Part shown: positions 28,404 to 37,234 of the stretch, piece after piece
How positions within the stretch are numbered: the stretch's first letter is position 1
Layout: the number at the start of each line of letters is the position of its first letter
Origin: an uncultured virus (IMG/VR IMGVR_UViG_2061766007_000135)
Lineage: Duplodnaviria > Heunggongvirae > Uroviricota > Caudoviricetes
DNA: 64,000 bases
Strand: one strand, 5' to 3'
Virus record (IMG/VR): IMGVR_UViG_2061766007_000135
Translations under genes and position numbers: made by a program
Notes under the pieces: generated by a model
What the model was told of the DNA's origin: nothing
What the model saw: only the letters and a program-made list of their open reading frames with translations
Database searches by the model: none

Positions 28404-28745
28404 ATGGCAAAATGGTATGTTTATGTTGATGATGAACGCAAAATTGATCCCGCGACCAATACTCAGTATATTTGGTCATGTTATGTACATGGCCTTTCAG
28501 TTTGTTTGACTTGCCGCGATTATTGGGCGACAATTAATACTCTGAAAGAATTGGCTGAGCACAATGACCAAGTGGTGATTGATCTTGATCATGATCTTGG
28601 TCCTGGTAAGAATGGATATGATATTTGCAAATGGATTTTGGAAAATCATTATCCGATTGTCGCGTTTCATATCCACTCTATGAATCCGGTCGGAGTGTTT
28701 AATATGCGGCAATTACTTAAACGGTATGGGTATAAAGAGTTTTAA
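28404..28745 (+). CDS. cyclic-phosphate-processing receiver-like domain protein
   Basis: VYVDDER, DLDHDLG, NGYDICKWI, IHSMNPVG. Confidence 0.8.
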   Translation: MAKWYVYVDDERKIDPATNTQYIWSCYVHGLSVCLTCRDYWATINTLKELAEHNDQVVIDLDHDLGPGKNGYDICKWILENHYPIVAFHIHSMNPVGVFNMRQLLKRYGYKEF

Positions 28746-28832
28746 CTTGAAAATTTCAAAAATTTTTGATATAATATATATAGAAGATGAGGAAAGGCGA
28801 TGATTCCATTGTTCTAAATCTTCTGTAAATTT

Positions 28833-28894
28833 TAGGCACTATCAGCAATCATTCATAAGTCATATTTGGTAGTATATGGGTGAAAAAGTGCCTA
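28833..28894 (+). ncRNA. stem-CAGCAA RNA copy 6
   Basis: TAGGCACT-AT-CAGCAA...AGTGCCTA. Confidence 0.7.
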
Positions 28895-28900
28895 GTTTAT

Positions 28901-28977
28901 CGGGGTGTAGCGCAGTTTGGTAGCGCACCTGATTTGGGATCAGGGGGTCGCAGGTTCGAATCCTGTCGCCCCGACCA
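28901..28977 (+). tRNA. tRNA-Pro(UGG)
   Basis: Cloverleaf, CCA. Confidence 0.95.
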
Positions 28978-28980
28978 TAT

Positions 28981-29091
28981 TAGACAATTACAGCAAATAA
29001 GATTTAATCTTAATGTTATGGGTTCGACTCCCATTAGTTGTGCATTACAAGTATAGCTCAGTTGGTAGAGCGTAAGAATATGAATTGTCTA
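28981..29091 (+). ncRNA. stem-CAGCAA RNA copy 7 with circularly permuted tRNA module (YrlA-like)
   Basis: TAGACAATT/AATTGTCTA stem; T arm 29018-29034, closed acceptor hairpin, D arm TAGCTCAGTTGGTAGAGC 29054-29071. Confidence 0.8.
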
Positions 29092-29120
29092 GGAATAATA
29101 ATATAAAGGTGGTTGAGACA

Positions 29121-29375
29121 ATGGAGCGTGTTCGCATGCACCTTCGTCTTGTGACCAGTGCGGACGCCGCAGAATTTGTTAGTATTCTAAATCACGATGG
29201 ATCTACAGTACGTTGGATGCTTGAAGATGCCAGTGGTAATTGTCGTGTTAATGCTCGCAGTCTAATCGGTGTTCTTTATTTTTCCACTGAGCACAATGAC
29301 GAAACCTATTTGGTAAATGCTACTGATGGTAGTGGCGATTTCCCAAAGGGGTTAGATCAGTTTAGGGTACTGTAA
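29121..29375 (+). CDS. HPr-like protein
   Basis: AAEFV...RVNARSLIGVL (HPr Ser46 region). Confidence 0.65.
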   Translation: MERVRMHLRLVTSADAAEFVSILNHDGSTVRWMLEDASGNCRVNARSLIGVLYFSTEHNDETYLVNATDGSGDFPKGLDQFRVL

Positions 29376-29386
29376 AACCCTATTAT

Positions 29387-29460
29387 AGGTGACTAGCGTA
29401 ATGGTAGCGCAAACGGCTCTGACCCGTTATGTCGGGGTTCAATTCCCTGGTCACCTGCCA
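29387..29460 (+). tRNA. tRNA-Gln(CUG)
   Basis: Cloverleaf, G73, CCA. Confidence 0.9.
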
Positions 29461-29464
29461 ATAT

Positions 29465-29538
29465 TGGGGTATAGCCAAATGGTAAGGCACGGGACTTTGA
29501 CTCCCGCATTGCAGGTTCGATCCCTGCTACCCCAGCCA
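29465..29538 (+). tRNA. tRNA-Gln(UUG)
   Basis: U1-A72, CCA. Confidence 0.95.
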
Positions 29539-29546
29539 TATTATAT

Positions 29547-30083
29547 GCCGTCGTGGCTCAATGGTAGAGCAGCTGATTTGTTAGCCAAATTTATATCTAT
29601 GATTGAATTAGCTCCTAAACAAAAAGGTAACTTAACTGAATTACAATGCTTAACTGCATTTTATGAATTAGGTTATCAGTGTAGTATCCCCTATGGTGAG
29701 AACTCACGGTATGATTTGATTGCAGATATAGACGGTAAGCTAATACGAGTACAATGTAAAACCTCACGAGAGGTTGAACCTGGAGTAATTGAATTTCCTT
29801 GTAGAAGTTCTCGTAGTAATACTCAATCTAATTTGCAACGTCGTTATACCGCAAATGAAATTGATTACTTTTGCACTTTTTGGAATGGACAATGTTATTT
29901 AGTACCAATTTCAGAATGTTCAGTAAGTAAAAAATTACGATTTGTTCCACCTAAAAATGGGCAGAAAGTAGGAATTACTTATGCAAAAGATTATGAACTT
30001 CAAGGACAACTTGAAAAATTGAAAGGTTAAACATTGGCTAACAAATCAGCAGGTTGTAGGTTCGACTCCTATCGGCGGCTCCA
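29547..30083 (+). tRNA. tRNA-Thr(UGU) interrupted by a ~462-nt insertion (exons about 29547-29581 and 30044-30083)
   Basis: Joined exons give a canonical cloverleaf with GCTGA-TT-TGT-AA-TCAGC and TCCA end. Confidence 0.85.
29599..30030 (+). CDS. PD-(D/E)XK homing endonuclease (group I intron-associated, I-Ssp6803I-like family)
   Basis: KGNLTE...SIPYGENSRYDLIAD..LIRVQCKT...YTANEIDYF..YLVP. Confidence 0.85.
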   Translation: MIELAPKQKGNLTELQCLTAFYELGYQCSIPYGENSRYDLIADIDGKLIRVQCKTSREVEPGVIEFPCRSSRSNTQSNLQRRYTANEIDYFCTFWNGQCYLVPISECSVSKKLRFVPPKNGQKVGITYAKDYELQGQLEKLKG

Positions 30084-30115
30084 ACGTGAAGCGATAACAC
30101 CATAATAACACTTTT

Positions 30116-30221
30116 AAGATGACTTTCCGGCCTACTTCAGCAATGCTTAGCCAGGATGGTGTAAAAGGTTAGCATACCCGTAAGGGAGATTCCGGTTCGA
30201 CTCCGGATCAATAGTCATCTT
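30116..30221 (+). ncRNA. stem-CAGCAA RNA copy 8 with D-arm/T-arm (elbow-like) module
   Basis: AAGATGACT/AGTCATCTT stem; GGTGTAAAAGGTTAGCAT, CCC-GTAA-GGG, TCCGG-TTCGACT-CCGGA. Confidence 0.7.
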
Positions 30222-30225
30222 GTAT

Positions 30226-30310
30226 GGGAGCGTGGCCGAGTGGCTTAAGGCGGCGGTCTTGAAAACCGTTGACCCGAGAGGGTCCGTGGGTTCAAATCCT
30301 ACCGCTCCCG
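30226..30310 (+). tRNA. tRNA-Ser(UGA), CCA in N gap
   Basis: Class II cloverleaf. Confidence 0.92.
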
Positions 30311-30347
30311 NNNNNNNNNNNNNNNNNNNNNNNNNNNNTACAATAAA

Positions 30348-30443
30348 GGGCTTGCAGCAATTAACATATAAAAAAGAAATTAATTTATTTTATTGTAATT
30401 GCAAAATAAATTTTATGACATATAAATTCAGGAGTTTAAGCCC
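30348..30443 (+). ncRNA. stem-CAGCAA RNA copy 9
   Basis: GGGCTT-G-CAGCAA...AAGCCC with AU-rich interior. Confidence 0.6.
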
Positions 30444-30477
30444 CGCGTAAGCGCACAAATGAATGAATATTTATATG

Positions 30478-30561
30478 AAGAGCACTACAGCAATGTTTAC
30501 AAGTTATTTTTGACAGTATATAATAATATAGGTTTATTAATAAAAGTGAATTGATGCTCTT
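30478..30561 (+). ncRNA. stem-CAGCAA RNA copy 10
   Basis: AAGAGCA-CTA-CAGCAA...TGCTCTT. Confidence 0.65.
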
Positions 30562-30756
30562 GTAATCATATTCAATTTGCTGGAAAAATAAATCAATACT
30601 GCGTCTGGTCAGCGCAGTGTAAACGTCCCTTCATTCTTTCCTTCCTTTCTATCTGTGTTGGTGCGTTGTAAAAATTAGGGTTAGTCGTCATAAGGGTGTG
30701 AGGCGATTAGCCCTAATTTTTTTTATAAATTTATTATTGGAAAGGAGATAAATAAT

Positions 30757-31863
30757 ATGGCCAATGCTTGGCTTACAAAAAGTTATACTCAATTAGGCGA
30801 TGAGTATTAGGGAACCTATGGAACATTAACTGTTAATCATAGAGTTACTCAAGCGGATATTAATGGTAGCGGTTATTGGTGCACTGCTAATGGCGCCTGG
30901 AGTAGCGGTCTATATAATACTAGCCAGTATAATTATTCTGACGGTTCTGTAACTATTACAATTAACAAAATGCAAAATTATTCCGAATATAGTTATTTGA
31001 GTTTTTATGATTAGAATGGTAATTATATTTTTGCAGGTACATTTAGTTATGTTAGTGGTGATGATAGTGTAGTATGGGAGTTTAGCTCTGGTTTATCGAA
31101 TACTTATTTATAGCGAGCTATTGAATGTACAAAATTATATGTCTATCCTCAATATTCAGGAGGTACAGGACCTTATTGTAATTTACGTAGTAGCTCTCAT
31201 GTAGTACAAATGGAGATTCAATGGACTTAGAGCGCGGCTAACCAAGCGCCAAATACTCCAACTTTAATTTATCCACAATATCGAGTAAGTAATGGTGATA
31301 ATGTTTGGGTACATACATATAATACATAGCCTTATTTTTATGGCAAATTTACTGATCCTGATGGAAACAATATGACTCCATATGCAGCAATGCGATATGT
31401 AACTAATAATACTTGGAAAGATTATAATACATATAGCGGTTCTACTGTGGCCAATAATGGTTATGCTACAATATAGCCTTCTTCTGCTTTAAGTTATAAC
31501 ACATCTTATAATGTTCGTTTATATGCAAAAGATACTTCAAATGCAAAAGGTGGAGAAACCGCGAAATAGCATTTCACAGTTTATGAAAGACCACTTGAAA
31601 TGTCCAGTGGTAGGTCTGTTACAGCCGCAGATTTTAATACTTTAAGATCAGCCGTATTAACACAAACTGATTATTATGTACCTACAATTCCAGAATTACC
31701 TAATGTCACTACTGGTACTCAAATACAAGTAAGTTAGATTAATGCACTTAAAAATGCTTTAAATGGTTTACCATATCATTCTAGCTCACAAGTAAGTGCA
31801 ACTAATCAATATAGTAGCTTAGTGCCTGCTAATTTTAACAATACGCGCGCAAAATTATGGTGA
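30757..31863 (+). CDS. TAG-recoded beta-rich, Ig/FN3-like, probably virion-associated protein (368 aa)
   Basis: SD AAGGAG; 8 in-frame TAG, no TAA/TGA until 31861; NQAPNTPTLIYP...TDPDGN; missing from the standard-code ORF track. Confidence 0.8.
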
Positions 31864-31919
31864 TATTTGAAAATTTTAAAAATAAATGATATAATATATT
31901 TAGAAAGTGAGGAGATTAT

Positions 31920-32156
31920 ATGGCTTGGCAAAAAGTTGACGAAATGCACGCGGCTTGTTTAGTAGTTTTAATTGCCGCAAGGGCACTTCCAGATGATGCT
32001 CGTATTGTTTGGAAAGCGCAACAGCCCGAAGATAATATTATCTTCCTAGCAACAATCGATTCACTTCCAGATATGATTCCTGAGACACCTCAGCCAAATG
32101 ATATATTTGAAATTTGGAGTGATACCGAATCACTTGAAAATAAAGAAAAAATTTGA
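31920..32156 (+). CDS. hypothetical protein
   Basis: Early promoter and AGGAG SD. Confidence 0.6.
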   Translation: MAWQKVDEMHAACLVVLIAARALPDDARIVWKAQQPEDNIIFLATIDSLPDMIPETPQPNDIFEIWSDTESLENKEKI

Positions 32157-32233
32157 TATAATATATTTACAAGGTTGAGAAATAAAGGCTTGTCCAAGCC
32201 TTGGACTGAAAAATAAAGGAGAGAGAAAAAGGA

Positions 32234-33748
32234 ATGAATACTTTGCTGAATGGTATGAAGGCTGCTTCTAACTACACTTTGACCGAGAATGGTGGCATCA
32301 CTCATAAGACTACCAATAGTGATCTGTTGGATATGTTCGCTATGGGCGCCGCTATGCGCAATCGCTCTGACGAGGATGTTATCCTCATGTTCCAGAAGGC
32401 GTTTGCAGAGAACGCTGAACTGGCTATGAAGATGCTCTTCTATATCCGTGACGTGCGCGGCGGCCAGGGTGAGCGTCGTTTCTTCCGCGTTGTAATGAAG
32501 TGGGCAGCTGGTAACAAGGCTACCCGTGAGTCCGTGCGCAAGAATATTCAGTATATCCCTGAGTTCGGTCGTTGGGATGATCTGTATACTTTGTGCGATA
32601 CTGCACTGGAACAGGATATGTTTGCCTTCATGAAGAGCCAGTTGGTTCTGGATTTGGAGTGCAAGACTCCTTCTCTGTTGGCTAAGTGGATGAAGTCTGA
32701 GAATGCAAGTTCTCAGGAAACTGCTCGTTTGGCCGAGAAGACTCGTTGTTATCTGCATATGACCCATAAGGAGTATCGTAAGATGCTCTCTATCATGCGT
32801 GCGCGCATTAACGTTCTTGAGGTTTTGATGTCCGCTAATCGTTGGGATGAAATCGAATTCGATAAGATCCCTTCTAAGGCTGGTCTGATCTATAAGAATG
32901 CTTTTGCCCGTCGTGACATCATTAAGGCAAAGTATGAACAGTTCGCTAAGGATGAGAATACTAAGGTAAATGCCGGTGCTCTATATCCTTACGAAGTGGT
33001 AGAAAAGGCTATCCAGCTTATGGGTGGCTATTATCGCGGTGGTCGTGTGGCCCTCGATAATACTGACCGCCTGATGATCAATAAGTACTGGGAGAATTTG
33101 ACTGACTTCTTCGCGGGAGCCAAGTTGAATGCTCTGTGTATGATTGATACCTCTGGCTCTATGAGCGGTACTCCTATCAATGTCGCTACGGCACTTGGTA
33201 TGTACTGCGCAGAGCGTAATCAGGGTCCTTGGGCCAACCACTATATCAGCTTCAGCTCTCGTCCTCAGTTGATCGAGACCTCTGGTGTCGACTTCTGTGA
33301 CAAGGTACAGCGTATTGTGGATACCAACCTATGCGAGAACACCAATATCGAAGCCGCCTTCGATATGGTGCTGAACACCTGTCTGCGCAATCATCTGTCT
33401 CAGAGCGCTCTGCCTGAGTATATGATTGTTATCAGTGATATGGAATTCGATCAGGCTACCGGCAATTACTGGCGTCGTAGCGGTTCTAGTATGTGCACCG
33501 CAAATGCTGAGACCGTTATGGAGACCATTGAGCGTAAGTTCAATGCCGCAGGCTATCGTATGCCTAAGCTGATTTATTGGAATGTGGATGCTCGTCAGGC
33601 CAACATTCCTATGATCGGTAATCACTATGTAAGCTATGTGTCTGGCTTCAGTCCTTCTATCTTCAAGAGCATCTTGACCGGCAAGTCTGGTTGGGACTTG
33701 ATGCTGGAAGCGATTGATTGTGAGCGCTATGCTTGCATTCACGCCTAA
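32234..33748 (+). CDS. DUF2828-family helical + vWA protein (Ro60/TROVE-like architecture)
   Basis: TENG, FYIRDVRGGQGER, FGRWDDL, LAKW, MIDAS DTSGSM, ISDMEFD, IYWNV, VSGFSPSIF. Confidence 0.85.
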   Translation: MNTLLNGMKAASNYTLTENGGITHKTTNSDLLDMFAMGAAMRNRSDEDVILMFQKAFAENAELAMKMLFYIRDVRGGQGERRFFRVVMKWAAGNKATRESVRKNIQYIPEFGRWDDLYTLCDTALEQDMFAFMKSQLVLDLECKTPSLLAKWMKSENASSQETARLAEKTRCYLHMTHKEYRKMLSIMRARINVLEVLMSANRWDEIEFDKIPSKAGLIYKNAFARRDIIKAKYEQFAKDENTKVNAGALYPYEVVEKAIQLMGGYYRGGRVALDNTDRLMINKYWENLTDFFAGAKLNALCMIDTSGSMSGTPINVATALGMYCAERNQGPWANHYISFSSRPQLIETSGVDFCDKVQRIVDTNLCENTNIEAAFDMVLNTCLRNHLSQSALPEYMIVISDMEFDQATGNYWRRSGSSMCTANAETVMETIERKFNAAGYRMPKLIYWNVDARQANIPMIGNHYVSYVSGFSPSIFKSILTGKSGWDLMLEAIDCERYACIHA

Positions 33749-33832
33749 TAGATTTAGGGTGTCATCTTGACACCCTTCTTTTTTTTTGATATAATATATA
33801 CGATAAATAAAAACAATAAAGGAGATAACTGC

Positions 33833-34351
33833 ATGAAAGCATATCTGGCAGGTAGTATTTTTTATTTGGGTGATAAATTTAGAAATGAATACTTTTCACA
33901 AAAAATAAGAGAAGCTTTCCCTTCAATTGATCTATACAATCCTTTAGAAAATAAAGCTATTAATGATAAAACGAAATTTGCAGATGCTCGTGCTATAGCC
34001 GATGGAGATAATCATAGACTAGATGAAGCTGATATTCTAATTGCTTGTATTGATGGTGATGTTTTACCTTCGGGCACTTGTTCAGAAATTGGTAAATTTC
34101 ATGAAAAAATTGCTAGAGGAGATAAGAAACTTCTTGTTGGAATTTGTACTGATACGCGTCAGCAATATCTGACCCATAGCGCAGAAAAAGATTTAACATT
34201 TACCGAACCCGGCGAATGTCAATACTGTTATGAAAATCTTTATGTCACAGGACTAATTAAACAAGCAGGTTCTCTTGTTACTACTATTGAAGAAGCCATT
34301 GCGGCAATAGCACTTTGGTGTTTAAAAAATCCAGAAGTGGAGGCTAAGTAA
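33833..34351 (+). CDS. nucleoside 2-deoxyribosyltransferase family protein
   Basis: AYLAGSIF, YNP, SGTCSEIG, NLYV.G. Confidence 0.85.
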   Translation: MKAYLAGSIFYLGDKFRNEYFSQKIREAFPSIDLYNPLENKAINDKTKFADARAIADGDNHRLDEADILIACIDGDVLPSGTCSEIGKFHEKIARGDKKLLVGICTDTRQQYLTHSAEKDLTFTEPGECQYCYENLYVTGLIKQAGSLVTTIEEAIAAIALWCLKNPEVEAK

Positions 34352-34353
34352 TA

Positions 34354-35718
34354 ATGGCAACATATTCTTTACATGAAAAACCACGTAATTGGAAAGATGC
34401 TGTTGGTTACACTTTACAATTTGTCTTTGCAGTTTTAACTGCGACAATTTTAATTGCTACTATATGCGGTACTAGTATTGCAGCAGGCTTAGTAGCAGCC
34501 GGTATTGGTACTTTAACTTTTCTTTGCATTACAGGTTTTAAAGCGCCTATCGTAATTAGTAATAGTGGCGCAACAGTTTCAGCAGTTATTGGCGCACTTG
34601 CATTAACATCAACAGTAGCTACAAATTTTGCTGGAGTTATTATTGGTGGTGCCGTAATCGCAATAATTTATGGACTTGCGGCACTAGCGATTAAGAAGTT
34701 CGGTGTTACTTGGTTACAGCGTGCAATTCCACCATTGATCTCAGGAACAACGATTCTAATTATTGGTGTAACATTAGCCGCGTTTATTCCTACATATGCA
34801 TTAGTTGGAGGAGCATATTCATTATGGGGACTGTTGATTGCTGGGATAACTGCCGTAACTACGATGCTTTGTATGCATTATGGAAAAGGCTTGGTGAAAA
34901 CAATGCCATTCCTGATCGGCCTTCTCGTGGGTTACGCGTGCTCATTCATCCTTACTGTGACTGGGGTAGCGCCTTTAGTTGCGATCAGTGCACTAAGCGT
35001 TTCGAGTGTCTTTATGGTTCCCCAGTTTGCTTTCCTTAATTGTAGTTTCGCCGCATTTAATTGGGCCACATTACCACAAATTATCTTATCATTTGGTATG
35101 GTTGCTTTAGCTGCATTAACTGAACATGTTGGTGATATGACAACTGCATCCGCAGTTACTGGTTATAATTTGCTGGAAGAGCCTGGACTACATCGTACAT
35201 TACTTGGTGATGGTTTAGGTAGCTTAATGGGTACTATTATTGGCGGACAACCCAATACGACATATTCTGAATACACATCTACAATGGCTATTAGTGGTGT
35301 TTATTCTACACACTTTACATTCTATACCGCACTTGTTTTAATTGCTCTTGGTTTTATTGCTCCTTTTAATGCCTTTTTAATGGCACTGCCTAATGCAGTG
35401 TTTGCGGGTGTCTCAATAGTAGCATACGGTATGATTGCTCTTGCGGGACTAAGAACAATTATTAATGGTATGGTAGATTTTACAAGAACTAAAAATCAGA
35501 TTATATTTGCCGCAATGATAACAACTGGTTTAAGCGGCTTAGCAATTACTGCCGGTGCTTTCCATTTAACTGGTATTGCTCTTGCGATGATTGTCGGTGT
35601 AATTTTAAATTTGGCATTACGAGATCATACTATGGGTTGGCGAGGACCTAGAATTAATAATATCGCAGATGATTATCTTAAAACAGCTTATGATTTGAAG
35701 CGACACGAGGGAGACTAA
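34354..35718 (+). CDS. NCS2 uracil/xanthine permease (UraA-like)
   Basis: Polytopic; EHVGD, PGLHRTLLGDG, PNTTYSE. Confidence 0.9.
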   Translation: MATYSLHEKPRNWKDAVGYTLQFVFAVLTATILIATICGTSIAAGLVAAGIGTLTFLCITGFKAPIVISNSGATVSAVIGALALTSTVATNFAGVIIGGAVIAIIYGLAALAIKKFGVTWLQRAIPPLISGTTILIIGVTLAAFIPTYALVGGAYSLWGLLIAGITAVTTMLCMHYGKGLVKTMPFLIGLLVGYACSFILTVTGVAPLVAISALSVSSVFMVPQFAFLNCSFAAFNWATLPQIILSFGMVALAALTEHVGDMTTASAVTGYNLLEEPGLHRTLLGDGLGSLMGTIIGGQPNTTYSEYTSTMAISGVYSTHFTFYTALVLIALGFIAPFNAFLMALPNAVFAGVSIVAYGMIALAGLRTIINGMVDFTRTKNQIIFAAMITTGLSGLAITAGAFHLTGIALAMIVGVILNLALRDHTMGWRGPRINNIADDYLKTAYDLKRHEGD

Positions 35719-35777
35719 AAAGTCTCCCTTGATTTTTTTTATATTTTTTGATATAATATAGAAAAGGAGATGAGAGA

Positions 35778-36611
35778 ATGGCTGTAATGGATAAAATTTA
35801 TGAGCATGTGCAAGCTGTAGATACTTATTGCAAGAGCATCGGAGCTGTGCGTATATTAACTGCGCTATATGGTTCTCAAAATTATAATTTACATACACCG
35901 ACAAGCGATGTTGATACTAAAAGTATAATTATTCCCAATTTACAAGATTGGCTTTGGGGAGAAGATCAACAGACAAATAAAGTTTTAACTTTAGCTGATG
36001 GTTCTCATGCAGAATGTAAACCAGTAGTTGATATGTTCAAACAATATCTTAAAGGCAATATTAATTTTCTCGAAACATTAATCACTCCTTTTCGGCAAGT
36101 CAATTCTCGATGGGGATGGCTAGATGAAGAATTGCGTCAACACGCAGATGATATTGCCAATTATAATCTATATCGTCAATCCTCAGTATGGTTTGGTTAT
36201 ATTGATCAAATGATTACTCGCACTACACGTTGCTCTATGACTTCAAAACCTAATACTGATGGTATAGATGCTCTTGGATATAATTATAATTTACACTATA
36301 ATCCCAAAGCCTTGATGAATGCTTTAAGAATTAAAGAGACATTTATTCGTCATTTTGAATTTAATAGATCTTTTAAAGACTCACTTGATATGAGTATTAT
36401 TCGTAATGAATTATTAAACATTAAAAGTGGGTGCTTAGATAGAGAAGGAGTAAAGCAAGTTCTTGATTCACTTAATAAATGGATAATTAAAGAAAAAGAC
36501 TATGTTAATTCACACTATATAGATGTAGAGAACTTTCATGCAAAACTGTATTTCCAAAATTTAACAACTCAAATTTTCACCAGTGCTAATCACTTGCAAG
36601 TTCTTAATTGA
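35778..36611 (+). CDS. Pol-beta superfamily nucleotidyltransferase (RlaP-like)
   Basis: LYGSQNYNL..PTSDVD; KGNINFLETL. Confidence 0.8.
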   Translation: MAVMDKIYEHVQAVDTYCKSIGAVRILTALYGSQNYNLHTPTSDVDTKSIIIPNLQDWLWGEDQQTNKVLTLADGSHAECKPVVDMFKQYLKGNINFLETLITPFRQVNSRWGWLDEELRQHADDIANYNLYRQSSVWFGYIDQMITRTTRCSMTSKPNTDGIDALGYNYNLHYNPKALMNALRIKETFIRHFEFNRSFKDSLDMSIIRNELLNIKSGCLDREGVKQVLDSLNKWIIKEKDYVNSHYIDVENFHAKLYFQNLTTQIFTSANHLQVLN

Positions 36612-36661
36612 TTTTTATAAAAAAATTTGATATAATATATATAGAAAGTGAGGGAGTGAAT

Positions 36662-36958
36662 ATGGCTGTGAGAGTTTGGTTTGAAAATGCTAATGGTGAA
36701 CAGCGTGTCATTAAGAATACTGCTAATACTTGGGCTGAAGTAAATCAAGCAATAGATGAGTTCATAGCAAGATGTAACCATAATAAGACCAATGCGCGCA
36801 AGCGTGCTTATGGCGTAGCCTACAATCCCGCATATGATAAGCCTTTTGTGCGTTATTACACTCGTATATGGCAGCAAGAAGATGGACGTTGGCGCATTGA
36901 TGTAGGTTCGCATAGTGAATTTTTTCTTTGGGAAGGCAATTATGAAGCAACTCTCTAA
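36662..36958 (+). CDS. hypothetical protein
   Basis: Promoter and SD; IDVGSHSEFF. Confidence 0.7.
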   Translation: MAVRVWFENANGEQRVIKNTANTWAEVNQAIDEFIARCNHNKTNARKRAYGVAYNPAYDKPFVRYYTRIWQQEDGRWRIDVGSHSEFFLWEGNYEATL

Positions 36959-37217
36959 TAATCCTTATGGTTGGATTGATCGAGAAGGTGTTTTCTATGG
37001 ATGTAATTATCATGAGCATAGTATTTGCGCTGCTCGTTATTTTGGTTATTCTGAAGCCGCCGCGGAATCCTCCGGCTATATAAAAATTTATTTAGATAAA
37101 ACAATGGCAAAATATGATCCACAACATTTTTTGCCAAATGGCTATGGATGGTATTGTTCAAATCACATTACTCAAAAGCAAGCTAATACTTTAGCCGAAT
37201 TAGGGCTACCAATTTAA
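36942..37217 (+). CDS. hypothetical protein
   Basis: YGWIDREGVFYGC..EH. Confidence 0.65.
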   Translation: MKQLSNNPYGWIDREGVFYGCNYHEHSICAARYFGYSEAAAESSGYIKIYLDKTMAKYDPQHFLPNGYGWYCSNHITQKQANTLAELGLPI

Positions 37218-37234
37218 AATGGGAGGTAATATAA

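Noticed and set aside
29389..29598. N-terminal extension of the 213-aa ORF in the track
   Set aside because: Overlaps two tRNA-Gln genes and the tRNA-Thr 5' exon; the likely start is ATG 29599
29582..30043. Group I intron in tRNA-Thr
   Set aside because: Only 17 + 13 nt lie outside the ORF and I see no P7/catalytic core; a formal CM search is still needed
22505..30561. CAGCAA elements or promoter repeats as a CRISPR array
   Set aside because: Dispersed, irregular spacing, stems co-vary rather than repeat identically, no cas genes in the window
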